Assembly (NCBI GenBank): GCA_036556205.1
Contig: DATBJW010000064.1
Span: 45,298 to 109,297 of the forward strand
From: Gemmatimonadota bacterium
GTDB taxonomy: Bacteria > Gemmatimonadota > Gemmatimonadetes > JACCXV01
DNA: 64,000 bases
Reading direction: 5' to 3'
A program made the position numbers and the translations under genes. The notes beneath the pieces are model-generated. The model did not search any database, was not told the DNA's origin, and saw only the letters and a program-made list of their open reading frames with translations. Positions 61,268 through 64,000 of the stretch are shown one piece after another (the first letter of the stretch is position 1; each line of letters opens with the position of its first letter).

Positions 61268-62863
61268 ATGGCGACTGACCTGTTCGCCCGGAAATCCATC
61301 GATCTGCTGCGGAAGGACGCCTTCACGGAGAGCGAGCACAGCTTGAGGCGCGCGCTCGGTCCCGTGAACCTGGTGGCGCTCGGCATCGGCGCCATCATCG
61401 GCACCGGCATCTTCGTCCTCACCGGCAACGCGGCGGCGCAATACGCGGGACCGGCGGTCGTGCTCTCCTTCGTGCTGGCGGGGATCGGCTGCGCCTTCGC
61501 CGGGCTCTGCTACTCCGAGTTCGCTTCTATGATCCCGGTCGCGGGGTCGGCGTACACCTATGGATACGCCACGCTGGGCGAGCTCGTGGCCTGGATCATC
61601 GGCTGGGACCTGATGCTCGAGTACCTGTTCAGCGCGGCCACGGTGGCGGTGGGATGGTCGGGGTTCGTGGTCTCCTTCCTGCGCGACCTCGGGATCGTGA
61701 TCCCGCCCCAGTGGTCGAACGGCGCCGGCGTGAGCCTCGTCCAGCTGCCGGACACCGGCAGCTGGGTCCCGATCACGCGCCAGCTCACGGACAACCTGGC
61801 CGCCCAGGGCATCGCGCTGGAGTCGCTTCCGCACGCCACGGGGGTCTTCAACCTGGTGGCCATGGTCGCCATCGCCGTCCTGACGACGATCCTGGTGGTG
61901 GGGATCAGGGAGTCGGCGCGCTTCAACAACGGGATCGTGATCGTCAAGCTCACGGTGATCCTGATGTTCATCCTGGCCGGGGTGTGGTACGTGTTCCGGA
62001 ACCCCGCCGTGACCGCGGACAACTGGTCGCCCTTCATCCCTCCCAACGCGGGCGAGTTCGGCGTCTACGGCTGGAGCGGGGTCCTGCGCGCGGCGGGCGT
62101 CATCTTCTTCGCCTACATCGGATTCGACGCGGTCTCGACCGCCGCCCAGGAGGCGCGGAATCCGCAGCGCGACATGCCCATCGGCATGCTCGGCTCGCTC
62201 GCGATCTGCACCGTGCTCTACATCCTCGTGGCGGGGCTTCTGACCGGCATGGTGAACTACAGCCGCCTGAACGTGCCCGACCCGATCGCGGTCGGCATCG
62301 ACGTGACCGGCGTGCGCATCCTGCGGGACTTCGTGAAGATCGGCGCCATCGCCGGGCTCTCGTCGGTGATGCTCGTCCAGCTGCTCGGGCAGTCCCGCAT
62401 CTTCTTCTCGATGTCCCGGGACGGGTTGCTGCCGCCGGCCTTCAGCCGCGTTCACCCTCGCTTTCGCACTCCCTACATGACGACCATCCTGACGGGGGTC
62501 GTATGCGCGCTGATCGCGGGCGCCTTTCCGCTGGCGCTGCTGGGGCAGCTCGTCTCGATCGGCACCCTGCTCGCCTTCGTGATCGTCTGCGCCGGGGTCT
62601 GGTACCTGCGGGTCAAGGAGCCCGAGCGGGAGCGGCCGTTCCGGACGCCGATGGTCCCCCTGGTGCCGATCCTGGGCATCGTCGCCTGCCTGGGGATGAT
62701 GGCCGGCTTGCCGCTCGACACCTGGCTGCGGCTCATCATCTGGCTCGTGATCGGGCTCGCGATCTACTTCCTCTACAGTCGCCACCACAGCGTCATCCAG
62801 CGGGCCGGTGTCCAGGCCCGGGAGAGTGTGCCCGAGGCTCCCACGTACACGGACACGGACTAG
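61268..62863 (+). CDS. APC-superfamily amino acid permease, copy 2
   Basis: MATDLFARKSIDLLRKDAFTESEHSLRRALGPVNLVALGIGAIIGTGIFVLTG... Collinear with, and ~80% identical to, the minus-strand copy at 51941..53615. Confidence 0.9.
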   Translation: MATDLFARKSIDLLRKDAFTESEHSLRRALGPVNLVALGIGAIIGTGIFVLTGNAAAQYAGPAVVLSFVLAGIGCAFAGLCYSEFASMIPVAGSAYTYGYATLGELVAWIIGWDLMLEYLFSAATVAVGWSGFVVSFLRDLGIVIPPQWSNGAGVSLVQLPDTGSWVPITRQLTDNLAAQGIALESLPHATGVFNLVAMVAIAVLTTILVVGIRESARFNNGIVIVKLTVILMFILAGVWYVFRNPAVTADNWSPFIPPNAGEFGVYGWSGVLRAAGVIFFAYIGFDAVSTAAQEARNPQRDMPIGMLGSLAICTVLYILVAGLLTGMVNYSRLNVPDPIAVGIDVTGVRILRDFVKIGAIAGLSSVMLVQLLGQSRIFFSMSRDGLLPPAFSRVHPRFRTPYMTTILTGVVCALIAGAFPLALLGQLVSIGTLLAFVIVCAGVWYLRVKEPERERPFRTPMVPLVPILGIVACLGMMAGLPLDTWLRLIIWLVIGLAIYFLYSRHHSVIQRAGVQARESVPEAPTYTDTD

Positions 62864-62929
62864 CGCGCCGGCGGGCGCCGCGGGCCGGGAGCCGCGCGCT
62901 CCCGGTAGCCGCGGGGCCGGCGCTTGCTC

Positions 62930-63331
62930 CTAGGATCGGCTGCGCGCGTATCGCAGCGCGAGTCCCAAGCCTACCAGAACCAGACCGGCCAGCACGACCG
63001 TGGGCAGCGGCGACGCCGTCGTCGGCATCTCCGCACCCGGCTCCTCGGTCCGCTCCTGCGTGGTCGAGGCTCGCTCGGTCACGCCCGGCTCGGGCTGCGC
63101 GGCATGCTCAGTCGGAGCGGGCTCGGTCGGCGCCGTCACGCCGGGCTTGCTGGGGTTAACGGCCGCGTCGGTCGGGTTCACGACCGCGCTGTCGCTGGTC
63201 ATTCCCTGATCGCCGGCCTGCGGACCTTGCGTGGGCTTGTCCTGTCCGGTGTTCGTCTCCTGCTGCGCGGCGGCCGGTACGGCGAAGGCCACCAGCGCGA
63301 AGACGGCAAGCAGGCTCAAGATGGAACGCAT
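62930..63331 (-). CDS. Small secreted Pro/Thr/Gln-rich protein with a C-terminal hydrophobic anchor and basic tail (candidate C-terminal sorting signal)
   Basis: ATG at 63331 gives a signal peptide (MRSILSLLAVFALVAFAVPAAAQQ). Low-complexity middle. C-terminus SPLPTVVLAGLVLVGLGLALRYARSRS (TM helix plus Arg-rich tail, resembling PEP-CTERM-type architecture but without a PEP motif). Confidence 0.5.
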   Translation of the reverse strand: MRSILSLLAVFALVAFAVPAAAQQETNTGQDKPTQGPQAGDQGMTSDSAVVNPTDAAVNPSKPGVTAPTEPAPTEHAAQPEPGVTERASTTQERTEEPGAEMPTTASPLPTVVLAGLVLVGLGLALRYARSRS

Positions 63332-63544
63332 GACTCTTCCTCCTTGAAAAAAGCTTCGGATTGACACGTGAGCGAGTCCGGCACGAGCACGGTCGGGAGA
63401 CTGCTAGGCACGCCGCGTGCCACAGGCCTCCACGCGGGAAACCGTATCGGGGAGCCGCGCGTCGCGGCGGGGACCGTGCGGAGTGCGGAAGTTTTTACGC
63501 GACCGGGCCGGCCGCGGGGTGGAAATAAGGGGGCTGTGGGAGCG

Positions 63545-64000
63545 TCAGCCCCGCGTGCTCCCGACGGATGGCTCGGCCGCGCGGCGGCGCAGGCCGGCCA
63601 GCGCCACGCCGGCCAGCACCAGCGCGGACCCGAGCCACCCGCGCGGCCCCAGGCGCTCGCCCAGGAAGACCCAGCCCACGAACACCGCGACCACCGGGAA
63701 GAGATAGGAGATGAGCGACAGGCGGCTCACGGCCACGCGCTTGAGCAGCGTGTAGTAGACCATGAACGTGAGCACGCTCCCGAAGACGATCAGGTACAGG
63801 AGCGCCGTCACGGCGTTCGGCGTCCAGCGCACGCGCTGCCAGTCCTCGAGAGCGGCGCTCAGGCTCAGCATGGCCGCGCCGCCGTAGAGCATCGGCAGCG
63901 TGGCGATCGTGTAGGGATGGAGCGCCGCCGCGTGCTTCTTGATCGCCACGTTGGAGACGGCCCCCGCCAGCGGGGACAGGAGGACCACCCCGGCGGCCAG
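63545..64000 (-). CDS. EamA/DMT-family transporter, partial (N-terminus beyond the window end)
   Basis: C-terminal EamA repeat (…LLYLIVFGSVLTFMVYYTLLKRVAVSRLSLISYLFPVVAVFVGWVFLGERL). The ORF is open to the right edge. Confidence 0.7.
   Translation of the reverse strand: MAAGVVLLSPLAGAVSNVAIKKHAAALHPYTIATLPMLYGGAAMLSLSAALEDWQRVRWTPNAVTALLYLIVFGSVLTFMVYYTLLKRVAVSRLSLISYLFPVVAVFVGWVFLGERLGPRGWLGSALVLAGVALAGLRRRAAEPSVGSTRG

Overview
High-GC (~70%) bacterial chromosomal window. The 70% is my own count; the read-by-eye gene content resembles Gemmatimonadota/Myxococcota-like genomes. Because of the GC bias, most long ORFs in the six-frame track are antisense or wrong-frame artefacts. I kept only frames that give recognisable protein families.

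Layout:
- 0-6.5 kb: transport and stress genes. Partial membrane-anchored ankyrin protein, OsmC, Na+/solute symporter, BON lipoprotein, MFS transporter, glycosylasparaginase-like Ntn hydrolase.
- 6.6 kb: tRNA-Gln(UUG).
- 6.7-18.4 kb: minus-strand housekeeping array. ispE, UPF0104 membrane protein, HD hydrolase, pdxJ, DUF2520 Rossmann protein, hflX, rarA, tandem-GNAT protein, mpg, cca.
- 18.4-21.4 kb: rho with a C-rich leader, ruvX/yqgF, mltG.
- 21.5-27.7 kb: thioredoxin-like protein, ilvE, a large lipoprotein and a BNR/sialidase-like secreted protein.
- 27.7-39.6 kb: the centrepiece, a complete type II secretion / pseudopilus cluster, gspE-F-G-H-I-K-L-C/PilP-like-M-D-J.
  - It is preceded by a good sigma-54 -24/-12 promoter.
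  - It is followed by a lipoprotein subtilisin-like S8 protease (candidate cargo).
  - A receiver-less sigma-54 enhancer-binding protein sits just downstream.
  - The secretin carries a C-terminal SPOR peptidoglycan-binding domain behind a 45-bp tandem-repeat linker.
- 42.5-45.7 kb: downstream operon. TPR protein, a cohesin-like lipoprotein translationally coupled to an FG-GAP beta-propeller protein that carries a type-I dockerin, then a stand-alone CobQ-type GATase.
- 46.5-51.3 kb: a SAM methyltransferase lipoprotein and two tandem paralogous ~650-aa lipoproteins.
- 51.3-64.0 kb:
  - A histidine phosphatase.
  - An APC amino-acid permease present as two inverted paralogous copies, at 51.9-53.6 kb (minus strand) and 61.3-62.9 kb (plus strand).
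  - Between the copies: cstA with a divergent LytS/LytTR two-component pair, a lower-GC Fic gene with an AT-rich repeat-bearing upstream region, and a DUF5916/CBM9-like outer-membrane protein.
  - After the second copy: a small Pro/Thr-rich secreted protein and a partial EamA transporter.

No rRNA, CRISPR, transposase or integrase was seen.
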